A DNA stretch of 64,000 nucleotides from an uncultured Actinomycetota bacterium (GCA_963746465.1 CAVVAY010000013.1:10755-74754), one strand, 5' to 3'. Numbered from the stretch's first letter, positions 9,371 to 20,816 are shown. Numbers and translations are program-made. The notes: generated from the sequence alone by a model not told the origin.

Positions 9371-9482
9371 GTCCTCGAGCCTGGGTGCATGGGAGGGTGC
9401 AGCCGGGCCGCGGCAGCGGACCCGTGGACAGACCCGGCCTGTGGACGACCAGCCGGTCCGAGCGAGAGCGGGAGACGACGCC

Positions 9483-11135
9483 GTGGACGCGGACGTGATC
9501 GTCGTGGGTGCCGGGCTGGCCGGCCTGGTGGCGACCGCGGAGCTGGCGGACGCCGGGCGCCGGGTCCTGCTGCTCGACCAGGAGAACGAGGCCAACCTCG
9601 GTGGGCAGGCGTTCTGGTCGCTGGGCGGGCTGTTCCTCGTCGACTCCCCCGAGCAGCGCCGGATGGGCGTCCACGACTCGTTCGACCTCGCGTGGCAGGA
9701 CTGGCAGGGAACCGCGGGCTTCGACCGCGAACGTGAGGACCGCTGGCCGCGGCGGTGGGCCCGGGCGTACGTCGAGTGGGCGGCCGGTGAGAAGCGGTCC
9801 TGGCTGCACGACCAGGGCATGCGGTGGTTCCCGGTCGTCGGCTGGGCCGAGCGCGGCGGCTACGACGCGGAAGGTCCGGGCAACTCGGTCCCCCGCTTCC
9901 ACGTCACCTGGGGCACCGGGCCGGGGGTGATGGAGCCGTTCGAGCGCCGGGTCCGGGAGCACGTCGCCAGCGGCCGGATCGCCCTGCGGCACCGCCACCG
10001 GGTCGACGGCCTCACGTCGACAGCGGGCACGGTCGACGGCGTGCGGGGGACGCTGCTCGAGCAGTCCACGCTGGGCCGCGGCTTCGCCTCGTCCCGCACG
10101 GCCGCGGGCGACTTCGAGCTGCACGCGCAGGCCGTGGTCGTCACCTCGGGCGGCATCGGCGCCAACCACGATCTGGTGAAGGCGGCCTGGCCGGACCGGC
10201 TGGGCGCGTACCCCGAGGGCATGCTGACCGGCGTACCAGCCCATGTCGACGGCCGGATGCTCGCCATCACCGAGGACGCCGGCGCGAGCATCGTCAACCG
10301 GGACCGGATGTGGCACTACACCGAGGGCGTGACCAACTGGGACCCGATCTGGCCCGGCCACGGCATCCGGATCCTGCCCGGCCCGTCGTCGCTGTGGCTG
10401 GACGCGACCGGGCACCGGCTGCCGGTCCCGCTGTTCCCCGGGTTCGACACGCTGGGCACCCTGGCCCACATCCAGCGCACCGGGCACGCCTACACCTGGT
10501 TCGTGCTGACCCAGAAGATCATCGAGAAGGAGTTCGCGCTCTCCGGCTCGGAGCAGAACCCGGACCTCACCGACCGGGACATGCGTCAGGTGCTCGCCCG
10601 GATCAGGCCCGGCGCACCTGGCCCGGTCGAGAAGTTCAAGCAGCACGGCGTCGACTTCGTGGTCCGGAACGACCTGCGCTCCCTGGTCGACGGGATGAAC
10701 GCCCTCACCGACTCGCCGTTGCTCGTCGTCGACGACGTCGAGCGCGCGGTGCTCGCCCGCGACCGCGAGATGGCGAACCCGTTCACCAAGGACCTGCAGG
10801 TCACGGCGCTGCGCGGTGCCCGGCGCTACCGCGGCGACAAGCTGGTCCGGGTCGCGTCGCCGCACCGTCTGCTCGACCCGAAGGCCGGCCCGCTGATCGC
10901 GGTCAAGCTGCACCTGCTCACCCGCAAGACCCTCGGCGGCCTGGAGACCGATCTGTCCGCGCGGGTGCTTCGGCCCGACGGCGAGCCGCTGCCCGGCGTG
11001 TACGCGGCCGGCGAGGTGGCCGGCTTCGGCGGCGGCGGGATGCACGGCTACCGCGCGCTGGAAGGCACCTTCCTCGGCGGCTGCCTGTTCTCCGGCCGGA
11101 CGGCGGGCAGGTCCGCCGCGAGCGCGACCGCCTGA
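9483..11135 (+). CDS. FAD-binding dehydrogenase (KsdD / fumarate-reductase flavoprotein-like)
   Basis: DVIVVGAGLAGLVAAAELA dinucleotide-binding motif right after the proposed GTG. C-terminal GEVAGFGGGGMHG motif. An upstream in-frame ATG would overlap the divergent gene start. Confidence 0.75.
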   Translation: MDADVIVVGAGLAGLVATAELADAGRRVLLLDQENEANLGGQAFWSLGGLFLVDSPEQRRMGVHDSFDLAWQDWQGTAGFDREREDRWPRRWARAYVEWAAGEKRSWLHDQGMRWFPVVGWAERGGYDAEGPGNSVPRFHVTWGTGPGVMEPFERRVREHVASGRIALRHRHRVDGLTSTAGTVDGVRGTLLEQSTLGRGFASSRTAAGDFELHAQAVVVTSGGIGANHDLVKAAWPDRLGAYPEGMLTGVPAHVDGRMLAITEDAGASIVNRDRMWHYTEGVTNWDPIWPGHGIRILPGPSSLWLDATGHRLPVPLFPGFDTLGTLAHIQRTGHAYTWFVLTQKIIEKEFALSGSEQNPDLTDRDMRQVLARIRPGAPGPVEKFKQHGVDFVVRNDLRSLVDGMNALTDSPLLVVDDVERAVLARDREMANPFTKDLQVTALRGARRYRGDKLVRVASPHRLLDPKAGPLIAVKLHLLTRKTLGGLETDLSARVLRPDGEPLPGVYAAGEVAGFGGGGMHGYRALEGTFLGGCLFSGRTAGRSAASATA

Positions 11136-11201
11136 CGCTTTTCGGGGCGGCCGACGTGGGTACCCGACCGGCGTAGGACGCTCCCGGGTGGAGGAGGAGT
11201 C

Positions 11202-11567
11202 ATGTCGGTCCCACGTTTCCAGGACCTGCCGCTGGCCGACCGCGACCGTGAGTGGGACGGCACCGCCGCCGAGAAGCGGGTGCGGGCCTGGGCCGGGGCA
11301 GAGAACGAGCCCAACGCGAAGTACCGCGACGCCCATGTCTGGTACGACGACTCGGCGCCGGAGAACTTCGGCAGCTACAAGCTGCTCGTCGCCGACGTGG
11401 TGGGCGGGAAGCTCGTCGCGGTGCCGCGTGGCGTGATGGCCGCCGGTGCCGTGATGCAGGGGTCCCGTGGCGGGGTCGACCTGCCGCGCGACGAGATTCC
11501 GCGCGTCAAGGGCCACCTGGCGAAGTACTACGCGAAGATGGGCGACGAGCCGCCCTGGGACCGCTGA
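11202..11567 (+). CDS. Conserved hypothetical protein (121 aa)
   Basis: Strong SD GGAGGAGGAG sits 5 nt upstream of ATG. GC3-rich. Confidence 0.5.
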   Translation: MSVPRFQDLPLADRDREWDGTAAEKRVRAWAGAENEPNAKYRDAHVWYDDSAPENFGSYKLLVADVVGGKLVAVPRGVMAAGAVMQGSRGGVDLPRDEIPRVKGHLAKYYAKMGDEPPWDR

Positions 11568-11613
11568 CCGCTCCTGTGATGGGCGCCCCCGACCGGATCC
11601 GTAGGCTCAGGTC

Positions 11614-12600
11614 ATGGAGTCACGACAGCTCGGTAGGACCGGCCGGCAGGTCTCGGTCATCGGCCTCGGCTGCTGGCAGCTGGGCGCCGACTGGGGAGAC
11701 GTCGGCGAGGATGACGCCCTGGCCGTGCTGCACGCGGCGCTGGACGCCGGCGTCACGTTCTTGGACACCGCCGACGTGTACGGCGACGGGCGCAGCGAGT
11801 CGCTGGTCGGCCGGGCGCTGCGCGAGCGGGCCGACGCCGGCGTCACGGTGGCGACCAAGATGGGTCGCCGCGCGGACCCGCATGTCGCCGGTGCCTTCAC
11901 GCTCGAGGCGTTCCGGGGCTGGCTCGACCGCAGCCGGCGCAACCTCGGCGTCGACACCGTCGACCTGGTGCAGCTGCACTGCCCGCCCTCCGCGGTCTTC
12001 GCCGACGACCGGGTGTTCGACGCCCTCGACACCTTGGTCGACGAGCAGGTGATCGCGGCCTACGGCGTCTCGGTCGAGACCGTCGACGAGGCGCTGGCAG
12101 CGATCGCCCGACCGCGGCTGGCCACCGTGCAGATCATCCTCAACGCGTTCCGCCGCAAGCCGCTCGAGCGGGTGCTCCCTGCTGCTCGCGAGGCCGGGGT
12201 CGGCATCATCGCGCGGGTGCCGTTGGCCTCCGGCCTGCTCACCGGCAAGTACGACGAGAGCACGACGTTCGCCGCGGACGACCACCGGACGTTCAACCGG
12301 TCCGGCGAGGCGTTCGACGTCGGCGAGACGTTCAGCGGCGTGCCGTTCGACGTCGGTCTGCGGGCGGCCCGCAAGGTCTCGGCCCTGACGCCGGACGGCG
12401 CCACCACCGCCCAGCTGGCGCTGCGCTGGATCATCGACCAGCCGGGGGTGAGCACGGTGATCCCCGGTGCCCGCAACGCCGGCCAGGCGCGCGCCAACGC
12501 GGCTGCCGCCGACCTGGCGGCGCTGCCCGCGGAGAGCCTCGAGGAGCTGCGCCAGGTCTACGACACCGACATCCGGGAGCACGTGCACTCCCGGTGGTGA
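11614..12600 (+). CDS. Aldo/keto reductase
   Basis: AKR hallmarks: GLGCWQLG, FLDTADVYG, IIARVPLASGLLTGKY. Confidence 0.85.
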   Translation: MESRQLGRTGRQVSVIGLGCWQLGADWGDVGEDDALAVLHAALDAGVTFLDTADVYGDGRSESLVGRALRERADAGVTVATKMGRRADPHVAGAFTLEAFRGWLDRSRRNLGVDTVDLVQLHCPPSAVFADDRVFDALDTLVDEQVIAAYGVSVETVDEALAAIARPRLATVQIILNAFRRKPLERVLPAAREAGVGIIARVPLASGLLTGKYDESTTFAADDHRTFNRSGEAFDVGETFSGVPFDVGLRAARKVSALTPDGATTAQLALRWIIDQPGVSTVIPGARNAGQARANAAAADLAALPAESLEELRQVYDTDIREHVHSRW

Positions 12601-12613
12601 GCCGGGTCGGCCG

Positions 12614-14005
12614 CTAGCGGGTCTCGGCCGGCTGGTCGCTGTCGTCCAGGTCGGGCGGCAGGTCCTGGGGCAGGGTGGGCGCACCCGACGGGACGGCCGA
12701 CCGGCTGCTGTCGGTGCCCATCAGGGCCGCGTCGGTCGCCACCGGGGCGGCGGCGCCGGTGGGTTTCGGCGCGCCTCGGCCGATCGCGGTGAGCATCATC
12801 CCGATGAACGACGGGCGGCCCTGCATCTTCGAGCGGACGTCGAAGGCCACCGCCAGCAGCAGGACCATGCCCTTGATGATCTGGACGAAGTTCGAGTCGA
12901 CGCTGAGGTTGGCCAGACCGAGGTTCAGCACGCCCATCACCAGGCCACCGATCATCGACCCGAGCACGGTGCCGACCCCGCCGGCCACCGCGGCACCGCC
13001 GATGAAGACCGCGGCGATCGCGTCCAGCTCGAAGCCGGTGCCGTCCTTGGGGTTGGCCGCGTTGAGGTAGGCGGTGAACACCATGCCGGCCACGCCGGAG
13101 AGCAGCCCCATGTTGACCATCACCAGGAAGTCGACCCGCCTGGTGTCGACGCCGGACAGCCGAGCCGCGTTGGCGTTGCCGCCGACCGAGTAGACGTGCC
13201 GGCCGAACACCGTGCGGCTCATGATGAAGCTGTAGAGCACGACCAGGCCGCCGAGGATCAGGCCGACGACCGGGACGCCCTTGTAGGACGCCAGGATCAG
13301 GGCGAAGGCCATGATGGCCGCCCCGGCGAGGGCGAGCTTGATGACGCTCAGCGCCATCGGCGGCACGGCCATGTCGTGGCTGGCGAGGTCGGCCCGCTTG
13401 CGCAGCTCGAGCCAGACCAGCAGCAGGATCAGCGCGAGGGCGATGACCAGGGTCGGGTTGTGGTAGCCGGTGTCCGGACCCATGTCGGGGATGTAGCCGT
13501 TCGCGATGACCTGGAAGCCCTCTGGGACCCCCACGCTGGACGCGTCGAGCATCATCAGGTCGAGGCCGCGGAACAGGAGCATGCCGGCCAGCGTGACGAT
13601 GAACGCGGGGATGCCGACGTACGCGACCCAGTAGCCCTGCCACATGCCGACGAGGATGCCGACGAGGATGCCGAGCACGATCGCCGCCGGCCATGGCAGG
13701 TCGTAGCGGTCCATGCTGATCGCCACGGTCGCACCGACGAACGCGGCGACCGAACCGACCGACAGGTCGATGTGGCCGGCGATGATCACCATCACCATGC
13801 CGATGGCCAGGATGAGGATGTAGCCGTTCTGGACGAGCAGGCTGGTGACGTTGCGCGGCTGCAGGAACAGCCCGTCGGTCAGCACCTGGAACAGCAGGAC
13901 GAGGAGCAGCAGGGCGATGATCATCCCGTACTGCCGCACGTTGCCGCCCATGGCCTTGCGGGCCTGGCTGACGAGGGACTCCTTCGTCACGGTCTCGGAG
14001 GTCAT
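12614..14005 (-). CDS. Sugar ABC transporter permease (GguB/XylH-like)
   Basis: Polytopic membrane protein. Start [12 protein letters not shown] 14003-14005 overlaps the ATPase stop 14002-14004 (ATGA). Confidence 0.85.
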   Translation of the reverse strand: MTSETVTKESLVSQARKAMGGNVRQYGMIIALLLLVLLFQVLTDGLFLQPRNVTSLLVQNGYILILAIGMVMVIIAGHIDLSVGSVAAFVGATVAISMDRYDLPWPAAIVLGILVGILVGMWQGYWVAYVGIPAFIVTLAGMLLFRGLDLMMLDASSVGVPEGFQVIANGYIPDMGPDTGYHNPTLVIALALILLLVWLELRKRADLASHDMAVPPMALSVIKLALAGAAIMAFALILASYKGVPVVGLILGGLVVLYSFIMSRTVFGRHVYSVGGNANAARLSGVDTRRVDFLVMVNMGLLSGVAGMVFTAYLNAANPKDGTGFELDAIAAVFIGGAAVAGGVGTVLGSMIGGLVMGVLNLGLANLSVDSNFVQIIKGMVLLLAVAFDVRSKMQGRPSFIGMMLTAIGRGAPKPTGAAAPVATDAALMGTDSSRSAVPSGAPTLPQDLPPDLDDSDQPAETR

Positions 14006-15543
14006 CGCTTGCTCCTTCCCTTCGTCATGTATCGCATGAGTGTTTCCTGGTCGGCAAGGTCGCGCGAGAAGTCGGCGGTGATCACGCCCTCGCTGAGGGT
14101 GTAGATGCGGTCGCACATGCCCAGCAGCTCCGGCAGCTCGGAGGAGATCATCAGGACGCCACGGCCGCTGTCGGCGAGCCGGTTGATGATCTCGTAGATC
14201 TCGTACTTCGCGCCGACGTCGATGCCTCGGGTGGGCTCGTCGAGGATCAGCACGTCCGGCTCGGTGAACATCCACTTCCCGAGGACGACCTTCTGCTGGT
14301 TGCCGCCGGAGAGCGTGTTGACGCTCTGCTCGATGGACCGGGCCTTGATGTTCATCTCCTTGCGGTACTTGTTGGCCGCCTTGATCTCGGCGTTCTCGTC
14401 GACCGTCAGGTTGCGCCGGATCTTGCGCAGGCCGGCCGACGTGATCGACACCTTGATGTTGTCGAGCAGGTTGAGCCCGAGGCTCTTGCGGTCTTCGGTG
14501 ACGTAGGCGAGCCCGTTGTCGATGGCCTGCTGCACGTTCTTGAGCTTCAGCTCCTTGCCGTCCTTGCGTAGCTCGCCGGCGATCTTGCGGCCGTAGGACT
14601 GCCCGAACACGCTGCGTGCCAGCTCGGTGCGGCCGGCGCCCATCAGGCCGGCCAGCCCGACGATCTCGCCGCGGTGGATGGTCAGGGCAGCACGGTCGAT
14701 GACCAGCCGGTTGCTGTCGTCGGGGTGCTGGACGGTCCAGTCCTCGATCTCGAGGAGGACGTCGCCCACCGACGGGGTGCGCGGCGGGAAGCGGTGGTCG
14801 AGGTCGCGTCCGACCATCCCCTTGATGATGCGGTCCTCGTTGATGCCGTCGGCCTTGACGTCCAGCGTCTCGATCGCGCGACCGTCCCGGATGATCGTGA
14901 TCGAGTCGGAGATCTGCTCGATCTCGTTGAGCTTGTGCGAGATCATGATGCAGGTGATGCCCTTGCTGCGCAGGCCGCTGAGCAGGTCAAGCAGGTGCCG
15001 CGAGTCCTCGTCGTTCAGAGCGGCGGTGGGCTCGTCCAGGATCAGCAGCTTCACCTCCTTGGCGAGGGCCTTCGCGATCTCGACGAGCTGCTGCTTGCCG
15101 ATGCCGATGCTCTTGATCTGAGCGCTCGGGTTCTCGCGGAGACCGACCCGCGCCAGCAGCTCGGTCGCCCGCCGGGTGGCGGCGAGCCAGTCGATGACGC
15201 CCTTGCTGGCCTGCTCGTTGCCGAGGAACAGGTTCTCGGTGATGCTCAGCTCCGGCACCAGGGCGAGCTCCTGGTGGATGATCGCGATCCCGGCGTCCTC
15301 GCTCTCGCGGATGCCCTTGAACTGGCACTCCTCGCCGTCGAAGAAGATCTGCCCGTCGTAGGTCCCGTGCGGGTAGATGCCCGAGAGCACCTTCATCAGG
15401 GTCGACTTGCCGGCACCGTTCTCGCCGCACACGGCGTGGATCTCGCCGCGACGGACCTCGAGGTTGACGTCGGAGAGCGCCTTGACGCCGGGGAACTCCT
15501 TGGTGATCGACCTCATCGAGAGAATCGTGTCCGCCATGTGCAC
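14002..15543 (-). CDS. Sugar ABC transporter ATP-binding protein with duplicated ABC cassette (GguA/XylG/MglA-like)
   Basis: Two Walker A sites ([18 protein letters not shown]) and two LSGG signatures. Confidence 0.85.
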   Translation of the reverse strand: MHMADTILSMRSITKEFPGVKALSDVNLEVRRGEIHAVCGENGAGKSTLMKVLSGIYPHGTYDGQIFFDGEECQFKGIRESEDAGIAIIHQELALVPELSITENLFLGNEQASKGVIDWLAATRRATELLARVGLRENPSAQIKSIGIGKQQLVEIAKALAKEVKLLILDEPTAALNDEDSRHLLDLLSGLRSKGITCIMISHKLNEIEQISDSITIIRDGRAIETLDVKADGINEDRIIKGMVGRDLDHRFPPRTPSVGDVLLEIEDWTVQHPDDSNRLVIDRAALTIHRGEIVGLAGLMGAGRTELARSVFGQSYGRKIAGELRKDGKELKLKNVQQAIDNGLAYVTEDRKSLGLNLLDNIKVSITSAGLRKIRRNLTVDENAEIKAANKYRKEMNIKARSIEQSVNTLSGGNQQKVVLGKWMFTEPDVLILDEPTRGIDVGAKYEIYEIINRLADSGRGVLMISSELPELLGMCDRIYTLSEGVITADFSRDLADQETLMRYMTKGRSKR

Positions 15544-15583
15544 ACCCTTGTCGCTGGAGCTGCCGGGGCTACGCCTGCCCGTC

Positions 15584-15622
15584 CGTGGCCCGGTGCCATG
15601 CTGGCACGGGACCGGGCCACGG
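15584..15622 (-). other. Intercistronic stem-loop (12-bp GC-rich stem, 15-nt loop) between the SBP and ATPase genes
   Basis: CCGTGGCCCGGT ... ACCGGGCCACGG inverted repeat in the 108-bp spacer. No U-tract follows. Confidence 0.5.
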
Positions 15623-15651
15623 AGGGGTTCTTCCTGTGGTGAGGCGAAGAG

Positions 15652-16746
15652 CTAGCTGAGCTCTTCCTCGGTGTAGTAGTTGGCGTCCAGCAGGACCTGC
15701 TTGACGTTCTCCTTGTTCACCGAGACCGGGTCGAGCAGGAAGGTCGGGACCACCTTGACGCCGTTGTCGTAGGACTTGGTGTCGTTGACCTCCACCTTCT
15801 TGTCCTCAGCGATCTCCTGGATCATCTTGACCGTGGCCTTGGCCAGCTCACGGGTGTCCTTGAACACCGAGGAGTACTGCTCGCCGGCGAGGATCGACTT
15901 GACCGACTCGATCTCCGCGTCCTGGCCGGTGATGACCGGCAGCTTCTTCTCGCCGCTGCCGTAGCCGCTGCCCTTGAGGGCCGCGATGATGCCGCGGGAC
16001 AGGCCGTCGTAGGGTGCGAGCACGCCGTTGACGTCCTTGTTCGAGTACGACTTGGTGAGCAGGTTCTCCATCCGCTTCTTGGCGACGGCCGCGTCCCAGC
16101 GCAGGGTGGCGACGGTCTTGAAGTCGGTCTCCCCGGACGGGATGACGATGTCACCGGAGTCGATCAGCGGCTGGAGGACCTCCATCGCACCGTTGAAGAA
16201 GAACGTGGCGTTGTTGTCGTCCGGCGAGCCGGCGAACAGCTCGACGTTCCACGGCTTCGGCACGCCGCTGGCCTCGAGGCCCTCGACGAGGGAGTTGGCC
16301 TGCAGCTCGCCGACCTTGAGGTTGTCGAAGGTCGTGTAGTAGTCGACGGCCTCGGTGCTGCGGAGCAGGCGGTCGTAGGCGATGACCGGGATGCCGTCCG
16401 CCTTGGCCTCCTTCAGCACGCCGGCGAGCGCCGTGCCGTCGATGGAGGCGACGACCAGAACCTGGTTGCCACGGGTCACCATGTCGTTGACCTGGGTGAC
16501 CTGGGTCGGGATGTCGTCGTTGGCGTACTGGAGGTTGACCTTGTAGCCGGCCTTCTCCAGCTCGGCCTTGATGTAGTCGCCGTCCTTGATCCACCGCTGG
16601 GAGGTCTTGGTCGGCATGGCGACGCCGATGGTGCCCTTCTCCTTGAGGTTGCCACCGTCACCTGTCGATGTGTCGTCCGAACGGCCGCAGCCGCTCATCG
16701 CGAGCACCATGGCGCTGGCGGCTGCCAGTGCGAGGATCTTCCGCAT
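15652..16746 (-). CDS. Sugar ABC transporter substrate-binding lipoprotein (ChvE-like)
   Basis: Signal peptide with LAMSGC lipobox. Periplasmic binding protein fold typical of ChvE/XylF family. Located 90 bp downstream of araA. Confidence 0.8.
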   Translation of the reverse strand: MRKILALAAASAMVLAMSGCGRSDDTSTGDGGNLKEKGTIGVAMPTKTSQRWIKDGDYIKAELEKAGYKVNLQYANDDIPTQVTQVNDMVTRGNQVLVVASIDGTALAGVLKEAKADGIPVIAYDRLLRSTEAVDYYTTFDNLKVGELQANSLVEGLEASGVPKPWNVELFAGSPDDNNATFFFNGAMEVLQPLIDSGDIVIPSGETDFKTVATLRWDAAVAKKRMENLLTKSYSNKDVNGVLAPYDGLSRGIIAALKGSGYGSGEKKLPVITGQDAEIESVKSILAGEQYSSVFKDTRELAKATVKMIQEIAEDKKVEVNDTKSYDNGVKVVPTFLLDPVSVNKENVKQVLLDANYYTEEELS

Positions 16747-16837
16747 TCACTTCTCCTGTCGGGTGTTCAACGGGCCACAGGGGTGGACCGCAGTCGGATT
16801 CTTGCGGTGGTGCTCGGTGCGATGCATTCCGGGCACC

Positions 16838-18343
16838 TCACAGTCGTTGCGCTAGCCGGTGGTACGTCTGATTCCACCGCACCTCCTTCGCGAACGAGCG
16901 GACGTCGGTGTCGCCGTCGATGACGAGCAGCTCGGTGCGAGCCATCTCGGCGAAGTCTGCGAGTGCCTCGCGACCGACGGCCGCACTCAGCACGGTGTGG
17001 TGCGGTCCGCCGGCGAGCAGCCACGACTCGGCCGACGTGGTGAGGCTGGGCCGGGGCTTCCACACGGCCCGGGCGACCGGGAGGTTCGGCAGCGGCTCGT
17101 CCGGCTCGACGACGTCGACCTCGTTGGCGGTGAGCCGCAGCCGTCCGCCCAGGTCGGCCAGCCCCACGACCACGGCCGGACCGGGCGCGGCGGTGAAGAC
17201 CATCCGGACCGGGTCCTCGCGGTCGCCGATCGACAGCGGGTGGATCTCCACCGTCGGGGTGCCGGCCGCGATGCTCGGGCACACCTCGAGCATGTGCGCG
17301 CCGAGGATCTTCGGCTCCCCAGGACCCCAGTGGTAGGTGTAGTCCTCCATGAAGGACGTCCCGCCGTCACGACCGGCGGCGATCACCTTGAGGATGCGCA
17401 GCAGCGCCGAGGTCTTCCAGTCCCCCTCGCCACCGAAGCCGTAGCCGTCGGCCATCAGCCGCTGCACGGCGAGACCGGGCAGCTGGCGCAGCCCGCCGAG
17501 GTCCTCGAAGTTGGTGGTGAACGCGGTGAAACCGCCGGCCTCGAGGAACTGCCGCAGCCCCAGCTCGATGCGACCCGCGTAGCGCAGCGACTCATGGCGG
17601 TCGCCGCCGGGCCGCAGCTCCGGAGCCACGCTGTAGCTGTCGTCGTACTCGGCCACCAGCTTGTCGACGTCGGCGTCGGTGGTGTCCTCGACGGCGGCCA
17701 CCAGCGCGTTGACGCCGTAGGCGTTCACCGACACACCCAGCTGGGCCTGCGCCCCGACCTTGTCGCCGTCGGTCACCGCGACGTCGCGCATGTTGTCGCC
17801 GAACCGGGCCATCTTCAGCGACCGGGACGCCTGCCATCCGGAGGCCGCCCGCGCCCAGTCGGACACCCGCTCGGCCACCCCGGGGTCGCTCGCGTGGCCG
17901 GCGACGGTCTTGCGGACGACGCCGAGCCGGGACTGCACGTAGCCGAACTCGCGGTCGCCGTGCGCCGCCTGGTTGAGGTTCATGAAGTCCATGTCCAGCT
18001 CGGCCCAGGGCAGCGACCGGTTGGCCTGCGTGTGCAGGTGCAGCAGCGGCTTGCCGAGCGCCTCGAGCCCGGCGATCCAGGCCTTGGCCGGCGAGAAGGT
18101 GTGCATCCAGGCGATCACGCCGACGACCGCGTCGTCGCCGGTGGCGTCGAGGCAGGCGCGGCGGATGCCGTCGGAGCTCGTGAGCACCGGCTTCCAGACG
18201 ATCCGCGGGGTGGCGCGCAGCCCGGCTGCGAGGGTCTCGCAGACCTCGCGCGACTGCCGCGCGACCTGGTCGAGGACGTCGTCGCCGTACAGCGCCTGGC
18301 TGCCGGTGAGGAACCAGATCTCGAACTCGGTGTCGGTGCTCAC
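16838..18343 (-). CDS. araA: L-arabinose isomerase
   Basis: Start GTG ([20 protein letters not shown]), compare E. coli AraA [20 protein letters not shown]. Overlaps the araD stop by 3 nt (GTGA). Confidence 0.9.
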   Translation of the reverse strand: MSTDTEFEIWFLTGSQALYGDDVLDQVARQSREVCETLAAGLRATPRIVWKPVLTSSDGIRRACLDATGDDAVVGVIAWMHTFSPAKAWIAGLEALGKPLLHLHTQANRSLPWAELDMDFMNLNQAAHGDREFGYVQSRLGVVRKTVAGHASDPGVAERVSDWARAASGWQASRSLKMARFGDNMRDVAVTDGDKVGAQAQLGVSVNAYGVNALVAAVEDTTDADVDKLVAEYDDSYSVAPELRPGGDRHESLRYAGRIELGLRQFLEAGGFTAFTTNFEDLGGLRQLPGLAVQRLMADGYGFGGEGDWKTSALLRILKVIAAGRDGGTSFMEDYTYHWGPGEPKILGAHMLEVCPSIAAGTPTVEIHPLSIGDREDPVRMVFTAAPGPAVVVGLADLGGRLRLTANEVDVVEPDEPLPNLPVARAVWKPRPSLTTSAESWLLAGGPHHTVLSAAVGREALADFAEMARTELLVIDGDTDVRSFAKEVRWNQTYHRLAQRL

Positions 18344-19059
18344 GGTGCCTGCTCCGTCCCCTGCGTCGGGCCGGGCTGGCCGTAGGCGTTCTGGTAGCGG
18401 TCGTACAGCCGGTCGACGTCGGCCTGCGCGATGGGCAACGGCGCGCCGAGCTGACGGGCCACGTGCACGGTCCGCGCGACGTCCTCGCACATCACCGCGG
18501 CCTTGACCGCGTCGCGCGGGCTGGCGCCGATGGTGAAGACGCCGTGGTTCTGCATGAGCACCGCCGGCGACCGGTGTCCGCGCAGCGTGCCGACGATGCC
18601 CTGCCCGATCGAGTCGTCGCCGATGAGGGCGAACGGGCCGACGGGGATCTCGCCGCCGAACTCGTCGGCCATCGCCGTCAGCACGCAGGGCACCGGCTCG
18701 CCGCGAGCCGCCCAGGCCGAGGCGTAGGTCGAGTGGGTGTGCACGACACCGCCGACCTCGGGCATCTCGCGGTAGACATAGGCGTGCGCCGCGGTGTCGC
18801 TGGACGGCTTCAGGTCGCCCTCGAGCACGGCGCCGTCGAGGTCGCAGAGGATCATCGACTCGGCGGTGAGGTCCGGGTAGTCGACGCCGCTGGGCTTGAT
18901 GACCATCAGGTCGTGGTGGGGCACCCGACCGGACACGTTGCCCGCCGTCCAGGCCACCAGGCCGTACGCCGTGAGCTGGGCGTGCAGCGCCGCGACGGTC
19001 TCACGGACCGCCGCCACCGCCTCGTCCCTGGCCAGACCGACGTCGAGGTGGGCCGTCAT
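18340..19059 (-). CDS. araD: L-ribulose-5-phosphate 4-epimerase
   Basis: 239 aa class II aldolase/epimerase ([18 protein letters not shown]). ATG 19057-19059 overlaps the araB stop (ATGA). Confidence 0.9.
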   Translation of the reverse strand: MTAHLDVGLARDEAVAAVRETVAALHAQLTAYGLVAWTAGNVSGRVPHHDLMVIKPSGVDYPDLTAESMILCDLDGAVLEGDLKPSSDTAAHAYVYREMPEVGGVVHTHSTYASAWAARGEPVPCVLTAMADEFGGEIPVGPFALIGDDSIGQGIVGTLRGHRSPAVLMQNHGVFTIGASPRDAVKAAVMCEDVARTVHVARQLGAPLPIAQADVDRLYDRYQNAYGQPGPTQGTEQAP

Positions 19060-20738
19060 CGCGCGCTCGCCTCCCGCCGGATGTCGCGCAGCCGGTGCAT
19101 GACGTCGTTTCCCCCGCGGCCGAACCAGTCGTGCAGCGTGCGGTACTCGGCGTACAGCGCGTCGTAGGCCACGGCGCGGGTCTCGTCGGGGGTGTAGACC
19201 GCGACCTCCCGGCGACCCATCGCCCGGGCCGCTGCCCGCACGTCGGGGTAGGCGCCCGCGGCGACCGCGGCGTGCAGCGCGGACCCGACTGCCGGACCCT
19301 GGCTCGAGCTCACGATGCTCAGCGGCAGCCGGGTCACGTCGCTGTAGGTCTGCATGAGCAGGGCGTTCTTCACCAGCCCGCCGGTGACCACCAGCTCGGT
19401 CACCGGCACGCCGCCGGCCTCGAAGGCCTCGACGATGGTGCGGGTCCCGAACGCGGTCGCCTCGAGCAGGGCGCGGTAGACGTCCTCCGGCCTGCTCGCC
19501 AGGGTGAGGCCGACGACGAGGCCGGAGAGCTCGTGGTCGACGAGCACCGATCGGTTCCCGCTGTGCCAGTCCAGCGCCACCAGGCCGTGCTGCCCGACGG
19601 CCTGGGTCGCGGCCTTCTCGGTGAGCAGCTCGTGCACCCCGATGCCGCGGCCGGTGGCCTCCTCGACGTACGCCGGCGGCACGCACCGATCGACGAACCA
19701 GCCGAAGATGTCGCCGACCCCGCTCTGGCCGGCCTCGTACCCCCAGAGCCCGTCCACGATGCCGCCGTCGACGACCCCGCACATGCCCGGCACCTCGGCC
19801 AGGACGTCCGAGCTCATCACGTGGCAGGTGGAGGTGCCCATGATGGCGACCATCTGGCCCGGGTCGACGGCACCGGCCGCGGGTGCCGCGACGTGGGCGT
19901 CGACGTTGCCGACGCTGACCGCGATGCCCTCGGGCAGGCCGGTCCAGGCAGCGGCCCGGGCGGTGAGCGTCCCGGCGGCGTCGCCGAGGCGGCCGACCGG
20001 TGCCTGGACCTTGTCGCGGACGAAGCCGGCGAAGCCAGGGTTCAGCGCCGCGAGGTACTCCTCGGACGGGTAGGCGCCGTCCTGGTAGATCGCCTTGTAG
20101 CCGTTGGTGCAGGCGTTGCGGACGTAGGTCCCGGTGAGCTGCCAGACGATCCAGTCGGCCGCCTCGACCCAGCGCTCGGTGCGGGCGTAGACCTCGGGGT
20201 CCTCCTCGAGCAGCTGCAGGCCCTTCGCGAACTCCCACTCCGAGGAGATCTTCCCGCCGTACCGCGCGATCCACGGTTCGCCGCGCTCGTGGGCCAGCGC
20301 GTTGATGCGGTCGGCGTGCGGCTGGGCGGCGTGGTGCTTCCACAGCTTGACGTAGGCGTGCGGACGGTCGGCGAGGTCGGGCAGCTCGCACAGCGGCGTG
20401 CCGTCGGCCAGGGTCGGCAGCACGGTGCACGCGGTGAAGTCGGTCCCGATGCCGATGACGTCGGTGGCCGGGACGCCGGCCGCGGCCAGCGCCTTGGGCA
20501 CCGCCTGGCGGAGCACCTCCACGTAGTCGCCCGGCACCTGCAGCGCCCAGTCCGGCGGCAGCGGTGCTCCGGTGCTGGCGAGCTGGTGGTCCATCACCGC
20601 GTGCGGGTACTCGTGCACCGCCGACCCGAGCTCGGCCCCGTCGGCCACCCGCACCACGACCGCCCGACCGGACAGCGTCCCGTAGTCGACGCCGACCACC
20701 ACCGGCGAGCCGGTCGCGGTGGTCTGGGGAGCTGGCAC
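19056..20738 (-). CDS. araB: Ribulokinase
   Basis: 560 aa FGGY kinase (VVVGVDYGTLSGR..., GTSTCHV). Confidence 0.9.
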   Translation of the reverse strand: MPAPQTTATGSPVVVGVDYGTLSGRAVVVRVADGAELGSAVHEYPHAVMDHQLASTGAPLPPDWALQVPGDYVEVLRQAVPKALAAAGVPATDVIGIGTDFTACTVLPTLADGTPLCELPDLADRPHAYVKLWKHHAAQPHADRINALAHERGEPWIARYGGKISSEWEFAKGLQLLEEDPEVYARTERWVEAADWIVWQLTGTYVRNACTNGYKAIYQDGAYPSEEYLAALNPGFAGFVRDKVQAPVGRLGDAAGTLTARAAAWTGLPEGIAVSVGNVDAHVAAPAAGAVDPGQMVAIMGTSTCHVMSSDVLAEVPGMCGVVDGGIVDGLWGYEAGQSGVGDIFGWFVDRCVPPAYVEEATGRGIGVHELLTEKAATQAVGQHGLVALDWHSGNRSVLVDHELSGLVVGLTLASRPEDVYRALLEATAFGTRTIVEAFEAGGVPVTELVVTGGLVKNALLMQTYSDVTRLPLSIVSSSQGPAVGSALHAAVAAGAYPDVRAAARAMGRREVAVYTPDETRAVAYDALYAEYRTLHDWFGRGGNDVMHRLRDIRREASAR

Positions 20739-20772
20739 GGGGTGGTGCTCCTCGCGGAAGGGGGTGGGGTAT

Positions 20773-20786
20773 GTGAGCGTTCACAT
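20773..20786. promoter_or_regulatory. AraR/LacI-type operator O1 (TGTGAGCGTTCACA) upstream of araB
   Basis: Near-palindromic 14-mer flanked by A..T giving ATGTGAGCGTTCACAT. lac-operator-like TGTGAGC half-sites. Confidence 0.5.
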
Positions 20787-20802
20787 CGCGGTGTTGCGGA
20801 AT

Positions 20803-20816
20803 TGTTAACGCTCACA
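20803..20816. promoter_or_regulatory. AraR/LacI-type operator O2 (TGTTAACGCTCACA), 30 bp from O1
   Basis: Reverse-complement variant of O1 with one mismatch. A spacing of three helical turns puts it on the same face. Confidence 0.45.

Noticed and set aside
12601-12613. Convergent 13-bp spacer between the aldo/keto reductase and ABC permease as a bidirectional terminator
   Set aside because: Too short. The flanking GC-rich imperfect repeats do not form a convincing hairpin.
12467-14104. 545-aa plus-strand ORF
   Set aside because: Antisense to the ABC permease. H/D/G-rich nonsense translation.
18340-20784. 814-aa minus-strand ORF
   Set aside because: Only the C-terminal 239 aa (araD) is real. 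The N-terminal part is an alternative frame over araB, which has a clean FGGY-kinase translation in its own frame.
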